Shown: one piece after another, positions 1 to 12,393 of the stretch | Layout: each line of letters starts with the position of its first letter | Numbering within the stretch: the first letter of the stretch is position 1 | NCBI RefSeq assembly: GCF_963853765.1 | Contig: NC_088859.1 | Coordinates: 15,562,001-15,626,000 of the forward strand | DNA from: Magallana gigas | Taxonomy: Eukaryota | Direction of reading: 5' to 3' | Length of the DNA: 64,000 bases | The notes under the pieces: model-generated | Database searches by the model: none | Told to the model about the DNA's origin: nothing | The model's input: the letters and a program-made list of their open reading frames with translations, nothing else | Program-made: the position numbers and the translations under genes

Positions 1-392
1 CCGTAGCTCCCAGGTCGTCCATCCGAATTTTTTCAGACCGAGAGCTACAGATTTGCAGCTAGTATAAAAGTCTTTTTTATTCTTTCCGCGGCCCATAGTA
101 GCGACACTGCATAAAAAATACATAACCTGTGTTAACGGGTAAATGTTTCTTTAATGCAATGATCGTTACCTTCATAGTCTGCATGAGACATCAAAAATAT
201 CATTAATCAGTTAATGGTTGATCCATAAGGAATTAGAAATCTGTAAAAGACAGCATGATAATATCAAATCCACAATTCATGACGACTTCAATTAAACTAA
301 TATTGCGAATGAATATAAAAAGAACGAAAGACATTTGATCATTGATCATCTACAGCCATGCTGAGATTGACCTGGACTCTGGTTTTCCTTGC

Positions 393-442
<50 letters not shown>

Positions 443-720
443 ACACACGCCAATTAATAGACATTATAAATGGTTTATTATTAAACATAGTATATTTGAA
501 AATTGTTGGGATTTGTCATTAAATAATGACGCTATCGTAATTTCAGTTGGAGGACGCCAGCGTTGCCGAGCTGTCCTCTTGGTAATGTTGTCTTCAAACA
601 TTATATGCAAAACATAACATCCTTTTTTCTTGTAAGGTTTTTATTTTCATTTATGCAATTTGGCACATTAATCTATATTCTTTGATAGAGTTTTCATTTT
701 TTTATACTTTGCATTCAATG
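1..720 (+). repeat. Dispersed repeat copy with internal (GA)n; same family as 21851-22580; its head also recurs at ~27050-27120
   Basis: The window start (ctcccaggtcgtccatccgaa-tttttcagaccg...gcccatagtagcgaca...cgccagcgt-gccgagctgtcctc) aligns by eye along its length with 21851-22580. Confidence 0.85.
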
Positions 721-1883
721 TCAAACTTCCTCGTCATTCAAATGTAAATGATTTCTTTCTAATTTTTTGTTCAAAGTTGCGGATCGAAATCGGGGCGAAA
801 CTTAAAGGGTAAAATAGCGCGTAATCCTTTGTGTTAAGTTTGTTTTGTAAATAAAGTTTCGCTTAAATGACCGGAAATAAAATTTGATATAAAATCAGAC
901 CAAGCAGCTTTAAGTTTCACATTTAAAAATCCTCATTTTGTATGTTGATGGTTTGTCTTCGGACCATAAGCCTTACGACAATTAGTCCCTAATCGTAAAA
1001 AAAAAAATCAAATTAATGTCTTTATGGGCAAAAGAGGCATTAGAGTTTACTTTTGGTTCTTTCTGGTTATGTTGGCTTGACAAAAAGCTTTACAATTTTG
1101 TTATATTGGCCCTTAGTGCAAGAAATAAAAAAAAAAGTGAAAGTGATCATAACAAAAATTAATTTATTTTATCCAAAACAAAACGTAACTCCCTTTTGTG
1201 CTGGATTTGGTACTGAGTATCCAAACATCTATTTGTAATGAATAAATTTGGCCAATAAACTACATATGCAGTCTACGAAATACCTGCATCAGAGTTACAG
1301 TCATTTTGGGTATTCCGAACCATGCACTTTTTACATTTTTGTTGCAAAATTTTTAAACAACATTTATATACAGTGTACTTGGTTGGTTGGTATCACCAGA
1401 AAGAGGCCTAGGATAATCTGCGTCACAAAAAGTTTCTTTGACACAGTGACGTTGTCGGCTTATGACACCACCACTTAATGGTGTATTGCCGGTCACTTCC
1501 TAGTACCGGTATTACGTGTCAGTAGATAAACGGCAAAACACAGTAAAAATAGGAAAATAACGATCATATACTGCATAAGTCAAAAGTGTGCTTATTTGCC
1601 GCTAGCTGCAACTACTGCATGATGACATAGGCCACATATAACTTTTATATAGGTTTTCATCCCCACCAACTCCTCTGCTAATAAATATGGTGGCATATCT
1701 CTCCCCCTTGTACGCAAATTATTTATCTATCAAATACGTCACCATGCAAGATTATTATGCCTTCTGTCAGTTTGTCACTATATATTCAATACTCATCTAT
1801 TTTCGCATAGTATTAAAGGTATAGCGTAAGCATACTATGCCGAAATAGAGCACGGCAAATGTTTTCAACGAAAAACTTTCCAG

Positions 1884-1965
1884 CGCCGACAGCGGGATTC
1901 GAACTCACGACGCTAATATCATTCGAGCTTGAAGCCCAACGCGTTACCGCTACGCTAAATTAGCC
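1884..1965 (-). other. tRNA-derived (SINE-head-like) Pol III segment, not a canonical tRNA
   Basis: The minus strand has an A-box (TAGCGTAGCGG) and a B-box (GAGTTCGAATCC), plus a stem-loop ttggg-cttcaag-ctcga. The acceptor stem pairs poorly. Confidence 0.55.
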
Positions 1966-2475
1966 GTTATTGAAGATAACGGTATTTATATATATAAAAC
2001 GTAGATATATAAGACTGACATCAAGCAATTGAAATTATTCATTTTTCCAAAAACACTTCATTATTGACGGTAATTTTTATGTTAAAGTTTTTTATAAACT
2101 TTTGAACAAATTGATTGAACATTTTTCAAAGAAATTCTACATGAGAATCACAAAAACGCTTTTTTAAATGACGCTTGATGAAGAATGTACAAGAAAAAAA
2201 TTCAATGAGATTTCGTCTGCTAAACATTTCGAGTTTTTTCGGTAAGGCCAAACGTCTCTCATTTCTTGAAAAGAACATGAACCTTTGTTGACTTTTTCTT
2301 GTACAACAACTTGTTGATTAAATAAACAATCAAATCAATTGATTAATTTGAAGAAAAAAACCAAAAGCTTGCTTTTCCAGTGATAATTTATAGGGACTTG
2401 TCAACACTCGAACGTCACAGCTACTTAAATATAGCAAAGTAAGTCAGTATATTCAACAGTCGGCATAATAATAAC

Positions 2476-2614
2476 AATAGTGTTGTGTTGTGCATGTACT
2501 ATGCCTAAATAGTAGTCAGGGTTTGATACATAGTGCACTCGCCTCCGGCTCGTGCACTATGTATCAAACCCTGACTACTATTTAGGCATAGTACATGCAC
2601 AACACAACACTATT
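2476..2614. repeat. Perfect inverted repeat: 63-bp arms, 13-nt loop (tcgcctccggctc)
   Basis: 2476-2538 is the exact reverse complement of 2552-2614. Confidence 0.95.
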
Positions 2615-3453
2615 ATATAATAAGTATGTTGATATGCAAGATAATTATGTCAACATGCAACATAACTATGTTGAAATATTTGACAAATAAGAATTATAAA
2701 AAAAAAATTAAAAATCTCAAACATCGCCAACATGTGGCATCTAAGATGCTAGATGCTCTCTATTTATGTCGACATGCAACTTATTTATGTTAACATGCGA
2801 GATAAATATGTCGACATGTAACTTATTAATGTCAACATGCACGCTATCAATGTCAACATGCACCTTATTTATGTTCACATGCAATATATTTATGTCGACG
2901 TGCAACTTATTTATGTTAACATGCAATATATTTATGTCGACATGCAACTTATTTATGTTAACATGCAATATATTTATGTCGACATGCAACTTAGTTATGT
3001 TGACATGCAATTTATAAGTTGCATGTCAACATATTTATCTCGCATGTGAACTTAAGTTTCATGTCAACATATTCATATCGCATGTCAACATAACTAAGTT
3101 GCATGTCGACATAAATAAGTAGCATTCGAACATAACTTACTTGCATGTCGACATGAATTTAACTAAGTTTCATGTCAACATATTTATATCGCATGTCAAC
3201 ATAACTAAGTTGCATGTCGACATAAATAAGTAGCATTTGAACATAACTTGGTTGCATGTTGACATAAATAAGTTGCATGTCAGCATATTTATCTTGCATT
3301 TAACATGAATAAGTTGCATGTCTGCATAAATAAGTAGCATCTTGGATGTCACATGTGGGCGATAGTTTGGTAGTTTAGAGGTAGTTTTTTGAGATTTTTT
3401 ATAATTCTTATTTGATTGCAAAATAATTATCTTGCATGTCAACATATTTATAT

Positions 3454-3582
3454 GCGAAGTACATTGAAGCGTTTAAGAGGGGTTATCTCCAGAAAAGTTT
3501 CTACGTAATGTTTTGACTGACCTTTGTCCAATCAGATCGTAGCTGGTCGGAGTTAAGACATTGCCGCTCGTGACTTAAATGT

Positions 3583-3617
<35 letters not shown>

Positions 3618-4261
3618 GAGTAAATTATAAGTGGTGCCGATGAAGAAATAATCATTAGTTATAAACTTGCAAACAAATTAGGTAAGGTCTGAATTTAAAA
3701 ATTACATGTATATCCTATATTGGTATAACTTTAAAGCGTTTAAAAGAACGATTGGCCGCGCGCCGTCGAAAACATGTACATGTATAAGAATGACGTAACT
3801 AACCAACTAAATTTTCTAGCATGGAGTCCGAAAATACGGGCATTAAATGTTTTGAAATGCAAACGAATGATCATTGTAGTGAAAAGGAAAGGCAACGGAG
3901 GCGGGTGCTTAGTGGAAAAATAAAACAATGGCGGACAAATTCGTTCTAAGGTAAAGAAAGTTTTTATTCAAAGTAAATTTACAACGTATGTTTAATTCCA
4001 GGAAGATTCGGCAAACTTTGATTAGAATACTAACGGTAACACTTGGAATAAAAGCAGTTTCTTAAATATTCGTACAGTCTTCGATGTTTGACATTACCTC
4101 ATCCCATTATCTATATATATAGACATCGCTGTTCCCTGGTTAAAGAATTTCAAAACACTTCAAAGTTTCATAAATTTATAAGGTATACTAGACCTTGATT
4201 TGTCACTTTATAAATTCTGTTGATTGATAGTTCGCTCATCTGCCTCATCTAGGCTATAATT

Positions 4262-4307
<46 letters not shown>

Positions 4308-4418
4308 CAAGTCCTCAACTCTGCCAAGCTACGATCTGATTGGACAAAGGTCAGTCAAAACTTGACGTAGAAACGTTTCTGGATTTAACCCCTATTAAAC
4401 GCTGCAATGTACTTCGCT
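3454..4418. mobile_element. MITE-like element with >100-bp TIRs abutting GA/TC microsatellites (copy 1)
   Basis: The left end gcgaagtacattgaagcgtttaa...tgacctttgtccaatcagatcgtagct is mirrored at the right end (acgatctgattggacaaaggtcagtcaaaa...caatgtacttcgc). It sits inside the foldback element. TSD not resolved. Confidence 0.85.
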
Positions 4419-4419
4419 A

Positions 4420-7400
4420 TATCTTGCATGTCGACTGATTTGATAGAAAAAGAACACGTACACATGGGGCAGAGATTAGTCAAAATATAATATCATGCCG
4501 GTAACTTTTTTATTGCAGTTTTTGAAAATCGAATTATCATTTAATGTTGATGCAGTGTTTGCACTTTTAGGTATGTATTGTATCTAAAAGATGAAATAGT
4601 TTAAAATTGAAGACATGTTGTAGTTCCTACAAAATTATTCCTTTTTTACATTGATTACTAGTATAAGACCTTCCTCTCAAAATAATAGAAAACCCACCAG
4701 GGTTATAATATGAGTAATCAAAAGGACGAATGCCAAACCAAGTATCTGTAATAAGAAACCAGGATACGTGTTCTGTATTGTATGTGCATTTACTGGTTCA
4801 TTTCCTTATCAACAGGAGAGAAGTTACAATACGTGCACCGTGTTTCATTATGGATATAAACTTAAAGTTTTCAAATTTTCCGTATCAATGAACCTCTACA
4901 GTTGAAAAAATATCTTTATTTTGTCCTTTAATACAATATAACAAGACCTTCCCCTTTATTATTTGCAAAGTGTCTAGGCAATGATTTTTTTCCTTCAAAA
5001 CTTGTTACATGTATCATTTTTGGGAGTTGATTTTAATCAACTCTCCTATGCAGTTACTCTGGCAAACCGAAAGTGAAACAGTGTTTGGACCTAAGCACAA
5101 ATCAACACCGCTGACACGACTAAGTTCTTGAAAATAAAGAAAAAAATTCAAAGTAATGTAATAGTCAAATTTCATATACTACGAACAATTTAGATATTTT
5201 TGTTGTCTCATGTATTCCTACGCCAGAGTTAATATAGTCTCGTTCAGCCAGACGCTCGGCTGTCTCCGTAAATCTGCGACAAGCAGAGAGGGGGCTCTCT
5301 TGCTAGTCAGATATTAACGGAGACAGTCGAGCGTATAGTTAAACGAGACTAAAGTTCGATATCAATAGTGCTTGGATCCATACAATTTTTAGAAATATTT
5401 CGATAACTAATACATTCCAGTAGTTGAAATCTATCTTTAAATATTACACAACATGATTCATATGGGGTTTCTCGAAATTCTTGTCGGAAAAGTCTAAAAA
5501 TTCATATTATAAAAAAGTGCGTAATTCAAATTCGAACTAGAAACTAATTGCCATGCAAGATAAATTGATTTTAAAATAAATGATAATCGATAAAATCAAC
5601 TCCCGTCAGTACTTCAGTACTTTGATTGATAACATTGTACCGTACAAATGTATCTATCATGTGAGAAGAAAACTCAAGCGATAGTGTTCTATTCCCATTT
5701 TTATTGGTTAGAACTCGGTAACAGTTAAAAGATAAACTTCTGACTAAATTTCGTATAACTAATTCATCTGAATTTTCTTTATTGCGTAAAATCAAAATAC
5801 ATTTCACCAGCATTAAAGAAGCATTGGCATGGATTACACTTGTAGAAATCTAGATCCTTCTATCAAAAGGAATACATGCCAGGGATAAATTATAAGTTGT
5901 CCTCCATATTTGTTTTTATCTCAAGGTCTCTTTGAAAACGATAGAAAGGTTCATCTGCGTCACGCCTCCTGTCATCATCATCATCACCATCATCTCCATC
6001 AAATCTCCAAGACTCCAATTTCTAAATGACAAGCAAATACAAGAAAGTAACAAAATTGAGTAAAATTTTATGTTTTTGTATCCGGCATTTTGTTGTTGTC
6101 CGTTTCAATGCATCGGAAAACTAGCTACGTACTATCATTGATTTTGTTTTCTGGTCTATTTTCTTTCTCTTTTTTATTAATTTATTTTGTAAACACGTTC
6201 ATTCTTTAAATTAAACTTAAAGCAACGCGTCGATTTATATTTCACAACCAAGAAATCTTTACAGTACAACTAGTATGTAAAACATACCTTCAATCTCTGG
6301 TGTAATATTCTCAACACTGAAAAATGAAAAATTAATAATAAGAAGTTAATAATGTTACTATCTGTATAGTAAATGCGCATATATGTAATTTTGAAAAAGA
6401 AAGGTTAATATAGAAATTACAATTCCTACCTTTGACTAAGTGTACGAACTGAAAATCACATGATTTAGAACAACGTCCCGGAAATCCTGGTTCTCCAACA
6501 CGACCGGGGGTTCCCGGTGCTCCAGGGGGTCCTTCCCCACCCCTCTCCCCTCGTGGGCCACGCTGACCTTTCTCTCCTTTCTCGCCTGGAATACCCGGTT
6601 GACCTACACACTCTATTTTGGAAAAAGTTCAAAATATGAAATTAAAAACCTATATTTGTACAAATGATACTTTATTTATCTCTTATAAATAAACAATAGT
6701 TGGTATTAATCAACTTATCATTATTGAAATATACGGTGAAACTTTTGCAGTGACTGACACAGGCAAACAATGAATTTGTTTTGTAACTTAAGAATAAATG
6801 CTGGAGATATTTTGGTATGCTTAAAAACAGTTTAACTGAAGATTGTATTTTTAAAAATTTTCATTTTAAAACAATATTTTTGTAGCACCTTTTAGTAAAC
6901 TTTCTATCATGACGTTTAAGTATTTAGAAATTATTTGATGAAAATGATATCACTACTGTCTGCCTGCAAACAAAAAAAACTCAAGTTCATAACAAAAGTG
7001 ATATAGAAATTAACAAGACTGTCCATTAATCTAGCTAAATTGCATTTTTATTAATACGATTGAAATGATATTCATTCAACAATCATTCTATCATTGTGAT
7101 TAATAACTATGTATAACTACTGAATAACTATTTTACTAATTACAATTAAGCTTCAATGTACATAGCTTAACATTATAGGCATGTACGAGTATGATAAAAT
7201 CCTACCACACTCAGTGCACTCAATGGGACAAACTCCGTCTGAACCTGGTGTACCATCTTGTCCGGGTGACCCGGCCAGTCCTTGACTCCCTTGTTCCCCT
7301 TGACTCCCGGTATCCCCCTTTTCCCCCTTGTCCCCTTTATCTCCTTTCTCCCCGGGCTGACCAGGATTCCCTGTATCTCCTTTATGTCCCTTGTCTCCGG

Positions 7401-7644
7401 GTTCCCCCTTCTCTCCCCTATTTCCGGGTTGTCCTTTATCCCCCGGAACTCCTTCGGGACCTGGTTGTCCAGATAGTCCCTGTACACCTCTGTCTCCTTT
7501 CTCCCCGGGCCCTCCTTTATCCCCCGGTGTCCCCGGGGTACCTGGGGTCCCTGGAATTCCCGGTGACCCTTTTGGCCCATCCGCTCCTTTTTCTCCGGGT
7601 TCACCTTTGCATCCTATTTAATTATAAATATTACATATAATGTA
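4420..7644 (+). repeat. Segmental duplication, copy 1 (pairs with ~28560-31172)
   Basis: Introns and exons align colinearly with 28560-31172. Similarity stops at aatgtac (7644/31172). Copy 1 has ~620 extra bp (~5010-5630). Confidence 0.9.
5235..5351. mobile_element. Short palindromic (hairpin) MITE with TA at both ends
   Basis: tagtctcgtt...gacgctcggctgtctccgt / acggagacagtcgagcgt...aacgagacta form an imperfect ~117-bp foldback. Confidence 0.7.
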
Positions 7645-8104
7645 CTGAGAGTCTGTAATGTCCTGTGATAATACTAATTATAAAAGATTTCAGAAAAAAT
7701 TATTTTTATTGTTTCTGCTATATATATCTTCTTAATCATACGTCAGAATTTAATGTTGATATTTAGACGTGTACATTTCAAGGTTTGGATTTGAAGATTC
7801 TACAATCGTTTGAATAAACCATAAAATTTACCTTTGGGACAGTCTGTTGGCGGAGGTGGATCAAAAACTTGAAAAGATAAAAGCAAACTTTCATATCCAG
7901 GCAATATAATTACTTATTGATAAATCATCTCATCGAAAAAAAATATTTTGAACAAAATAGTAAATTCTTTAAGTTACTAATTAAAAAAAAAAGTTGAATG
8001 CGTAACAAATTTGTAATGACTCTCTCGCATTTCAAAATAAAATAAATATTTTTTGAAACATACGGTTAAGTCTGAATGTTGTTTACTTATTTTAAAAATC
8101 TATA

Positions 8105-8156
<52 letters not shown>

Positions 8157-8237
8157 GAACTTAAAAGCATACGTACAACTAAACCCTCTGACGATGACCG
8201 GAGTTAAAAGTAGCAGAATCCAGGTTAACGTTGTCAT
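5890..8237 (-). CDS. Short secreted collagen-like protein (copy A, 279 aa): signal peptide, Cys knots, 43+15 Gly-X-Y triplets, helical segment, Asp-rich tail
   Basis: Exons 8237-8177, 7867-7832, 7613-7206, 6603-6430, 6316-6288, 6021-5890; all GT-AG, phases consistent, 840 nt. Translation: [35 protein letters not shown]-(GXY)[10 protein letters not shown](GXY)[69 protein letters not shown]. Confidence 0.85.
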
Positions 8238-8709
8238 GATTGACGGAGACAGTGAGCAACTTCTACTCTGCATCAATTTTTATAACCACTGTAAGTATAA
8301 TCTATTTAAAAAATCTAATACTCATAAAAGTACTTTAAGTAGTTTACATTTTTTAGTACGGTAGTAGCCTATTACTGCTGATGTCAAGATATGGTCTATA
8401 AGATAAAAGAGCGATAAACATAAATGAGTTTAATTGATCTCTCATTAAATACATATTGATATCGAACATATACGGTTAAAAGTCATACCGGTACATCTTC
8501 ATACATGTATGTGCTTGAAATTTCGGGATGCATACCAAAACAACCCCCAAAAAATATATCAGATGAGTTTCAGTTAAACTCAAATACTTTGATTTTTTAC
8601 ATTAATATACATGTAGAAAAAGAGAGATATCGATCAGTGGGCAGCTTCAATTTTTCAGCTCTGACATAAGTCTTATAAATCGTTCAGTTAAACCAATTTG
8701 CATTTCAGT

Positions 8710-9041
8710 TTATTTCTCATGCTTACGTAGCGGTGACTCCAATTTATTTTTCTAATACTATAACAATTCATTATCGCTGCGAACTATGAATTGAACGTTT
8801 GTAGTTTTGTTGTTTTATTAGGGATTTGTTTTAACATAAAAATTCAAAATTTACCTTCAATTTCCAAGATAAGAACTTCATATAGCTAAAATAAAAAGAA
8901 AAAAAATTAACATTTTTAAAATACGGGTTCTCCTTCCAGACCGTGGGGACCTTGTGTTACCTTTTTTTCCGGGAGGTTCCAGCTAACCCTTAAATCCAGA
9001 AGACCCTGGAAGACCTTGAATACCCGTTGGACCTCGACATC
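8710..9041 (-). pseudogene. Degenerate 3' fragment of another collagen paralog
   Basis: ag|ga tgt cga ggt cca reads GCRGPTGIQGLPGSSGFKG, then an in-frame TAG (8985-8983) and a frameshift. It is followed by exon-like 8885-8855 (YMKFLSWKLK|gt) and 8751-8710 (KNKLESPLRKHEK*), which shares KLES with the last exon of copy A. Confidence 0.65.
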
Positions 9042-10181
9042 CTACAAACAAAATATGGACATCTTTTTAAATTCAAATACTTGAATAAAAATACTTTGTG
9101 TCAGATACCTAAAATTAATACTGAAATACAAATATGAAATCTTGTTGAATTAAAAAAATTCGAGACTTTGTAACGTGCAAAACAAGTTCAAAAGTACGGT
9201 GTACGCGTGCTTCGTTTTATATTCATTCAAAACTACAAAAGAGAAAAAGAAAACTGTGTTTATTAAGTTGCAGTTATGTGTATTTTATTATTTTAATTCA
9301 AATTATTTTATTTATAAAAATGCACAAAATAAGGCATTTAGAAAACTGTTGTATATATTTGAATGAATGATATTAGAATTCTTATACATACCGCATCGCT
9401 TCAAATACATAAATAAAGCTTTCTTAAAAAAGATTTCAAAAGAAAAGATTTCGTTTTATAATTTAAAAAAGGGTTTTTCAATTAGAAATAATAAGTTATT
9501 TTATTTAGATCAATGCATCAAAGGAAATATTCGCTGTGAAACTTTTCACCAAAGCGGAAAATTCTTAATCATTTCATATATCAACAAATTAACAACAAAT
9601 CCAACTGTAAAATCTATAAAATAAACCATTTTTGTGTACTTTCGCAAAAAAACACTAAAAAGTACAAGAAATTATCGTTCAATCTTGTACCGAATTCAAC
9701 ACAAATACTTATTTTTTTCTGATGCAGTGGGTCTAAAAAAAATAAAATAATTTCAGTCAAACACAAAATACCGTCAGAATCATTTGAAAATTTATTGGTG
9801 AGATTTTGAAAATAGGCATTGTTATTTTCATGATATCAACTTATTTTGTTACCTTTTATTCAGTAAAATATGTAAAACACAAATAAGTTTCAGTAGCCAA
9901 TGTCAGTCTGTACTTTAAGAATATATTTTACTTTTTAATGTAAATGACGTCAAACATGGGGATGGTTCGCTCAATTTTATACAGTTAGCTCTTTGTTCGT
10001 AAAAATGCCTTAAAACTGCACGTGCAGGACTTCAACCTATGATTGCAGATTCGTCCAGGTGATTTGTGATCCGGATTTTTTTTTGCCTGTATCATACGCA
10101 TCGTTTTCCATGCATGCTTTCTTATGGATTATACATGTACATGTATATAATTATATACAAGGCTCAGTCCGTTTATATTGA

Positions 10182-10238
<57 letters not shown>

Positions 10239-10293
10239 ATCTCTCTTAGAAGATGAATATAGTTTCTTTTGATTTTCAGTTCAAGTACAACAT

Positions 10294-11174
10294 CAGCGAA
10301 GTACATTGAAGCGTTTAATATGGGTTTTACTCCAGAAAAGATTCCATGTAATGTTTTGACTGACCTTTGTCCTATCAGATCGTTGCTGGGCGGAGTTAAG
10401 ACATTGCCGCTCGTGACTTGAATGAGAGAGAGAGAGAGAGAGAGAGAGGGCGAGAGGGCGAGAAAGTGAATTGAGTAAATTATAAGTGGTGCCGATGAAG
10501 GAATAGTCATTAGTTATGAACTTGCAAACAAATTAATTAAGGTCTGTGTATAAAAATATATCCTATACTGTTATAAAGTGTTTTAAAGAACGACCGTGAA
10601 AATTTATGTGGCCGCGCACCGTCGACAATATGTACTATACATGGATAAGAATGACGTTGCTAACCAACTTAATTTCCTAGCATGAAGTCCGAGAATACGG
10701 ACATTAAATATTTTGAAATGCAAACGAATGATCACTTATGAACATGATGAATTTAGTTGTAGTGTAAAGGAAAGGCAACGCAGGTGGATGCTTAGTGGAA
10801 AAGTAAAACAATGGCGAACAAATTCGTCCTAAGGTAAAGAATGTTTCACAATGAGTAACCATGAAGAAAGTTTTTATACAAAATAAATTTACAACCTATG
10901 TTTAATTCCAGGAAGACTCGGCAAACTTTGATTTGAATATAAACGGTAACACTTGTAATAAAAACAGTTTCTTAAATATTCATACAGTCATTACCTCATC
11001 CTATTACTGATTTATATATAGACATCGTTCCCTGGTTAAAGAATTTCAAAACACTTCAAAGTTTCATAAATTTATAAGATATACTAGACCGTGATTTGTC
11101 ACTTTATAGGATAACTATTGTTGATAGATAGTTCGCTCATCTGCGTCATCTATAATTTACTCCATTAACCAGTT

Positions 11175-11219
<45 letters not shown>

Positions 11220-11348
11220 AAATTAAGTCACGAGCGGTAATGTCTCAACTCTGCCTTATACGATCTGATTGGACAAAGGTCAGTCAAAACGTTACGTAAC
11301 AACTTTTCTGGAGTAAATGCCTATTAAACGCTTCAATGTACTTTGCTG
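10294..11348. mobile_element. Second copy of the long-TIR MITE at 3454-4418
   Basis: Same TIRs (cagcgaagtacattgaagcgtttaa ... ttaaacgcttcaatgtactttgctg) and a colinear interior. Confidence 0.85.
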
Positions 11349-12393
11349 TTTTAGTTATAATTATAATACAGTATGAAGTTGAACACAGGAAGTGACTCTT
11401 AAAGTAAAATATAAGTCAAATTTTATAACTTCTTGCTTTACGGGTGGCTTCAAAGGCCAGTACATAATGAACACAACAACAGATGGTACAAAAGTTTAGA
11501 GTAATCAAATTAAAACGCAAATTAAAAAAATTATAGGAATGTTATCTTTCAAAAACTTTGCATACAATTAGACATACATTTAATGTCTCATTTAAAAGTG
11601 AAACAAGTGCGGGTCCATCTAAAAATTTGAGATATAGCATGAAATAAGCTGAATTCAGGCCAAAATTGAAGTATACTTCTATGAAATATAAGCTTAATAT
11701 GCCAAAATATATCGATAGAAATATCACAATATTAATTAAATATCTATTTTAGAGCATCATAAATATATAGTAACACACAAACTATCTATAAGTTTGGTCT
11801 GCCCTGAAAATTAGGAAGCTAAAGTAACAGTACTCTATATCTAGTGAGTTATAAAAATTGTGCATTTCCTTCTTGAAAACCTTACGCCACAAAATATAGT
11901 CCCCTACTAAACGCTGTAAAAATGTAATTTATTTTTAAACAATATTACTCAATAAAGTTTAGTTATTACTATAAAATATAAATATACTACTAGAATTAAT
12001 ATATGATGCAGAATTTTCAGACTAGAGGTGACCCAAAATGGCTACCCAAAACCTATGGATCGAACCTCTTTAAAATCAATATCTCTTTGTGTTTAAATTT
12101 TGAGGATTTTGAGTATGTTTATGCAGATGAAAAGAATTGACAGCATCATATTCTAATAAGAAAAGTTAAGACGAGGAATAGTTAACAAAAAAGAAACCAA
12201 ACCAAAAAAAGAGTAGAATAAATTTATAGAAAACGTGTCACTATGCTTCTGTATATATATACACAAGAAGACCTTGGAATTACCGATCACAACATGTAAA
12301 CAAGATTAGAACCAACAAATATTTCAAATTATAATGATTTAGGTACAGCTGTATTTACAAAATCATTTTTAATGATGAAAAGTCGTGCGTCTT

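Larger units (their letters stand above)
1770..2620. mobile_element. Insertion with a hairpin at each end and an internal tRNA-like segment
   Basis: Absent from the 27828 copy of the host element. Left imperfect hairpin ctattttcgcatagtat...atactatgccgaaatag (~1797-1848); right perfect 63-bp hairpin. Both share the motif tactatgcc(g/t)aaatag. Confidence 0.6.
1686..4484. mobile_element. Foldback-like non-autonomous DNA element (TIR tatggtggcatatctct-ccccttgt), broken by two nested insertions
   Basis: Left TIR at 1686. The body (2624-3450) is catgtcaac/acatgcaacttatttatg subrepeats arranged as two inverted arms. A degenerate right TIR (cacatggggcagagat) lies at ~4460-4480. An uninterrupted copy is at 27828-28618. 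Confidence 0.75.

Noticed and set aside
342-617. ORFs with RERERE, SLSLSL or IYIYIY runs (also 8053, 10151, 18977, 19065, 45577, 45614, 56416)
   Set aside because: Dinucleotide microsatellites with no stops.
1884-1965. Apparent TCA anticodon suggesting tRNA-Sec or an opal suppressor
   Set aside because: The acceptor stem does not pair, the long Sec acceptor/D-stem geometry is absent, and it sits inside a repeat. Probably a drifted tRNA-derived head; tRNAscan-SE would settle it.
2741-3445. Repetitive ORFs (MHVNI.., MSTCNL..), also 28098-28673
   Set aside because: Translations of foldback-element subrepeats.
7173-7640. ORFs overlapping the collagen exons (also 13012-13502, 22685-23047, 30705-31177)
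   Set aside because: Off-frame or antisense readings of GC-rich Gly-X-Y codons; the collagen frame explains them.
11425-11520. Signal-peptide-like reading (RFNLITLNFCTICCCVHYVLAFEAT|gt) that might head the 8.7-9.0-kb fragment
   Set aside because: No ATG (TTG at that position) and no linking CPK exon found.
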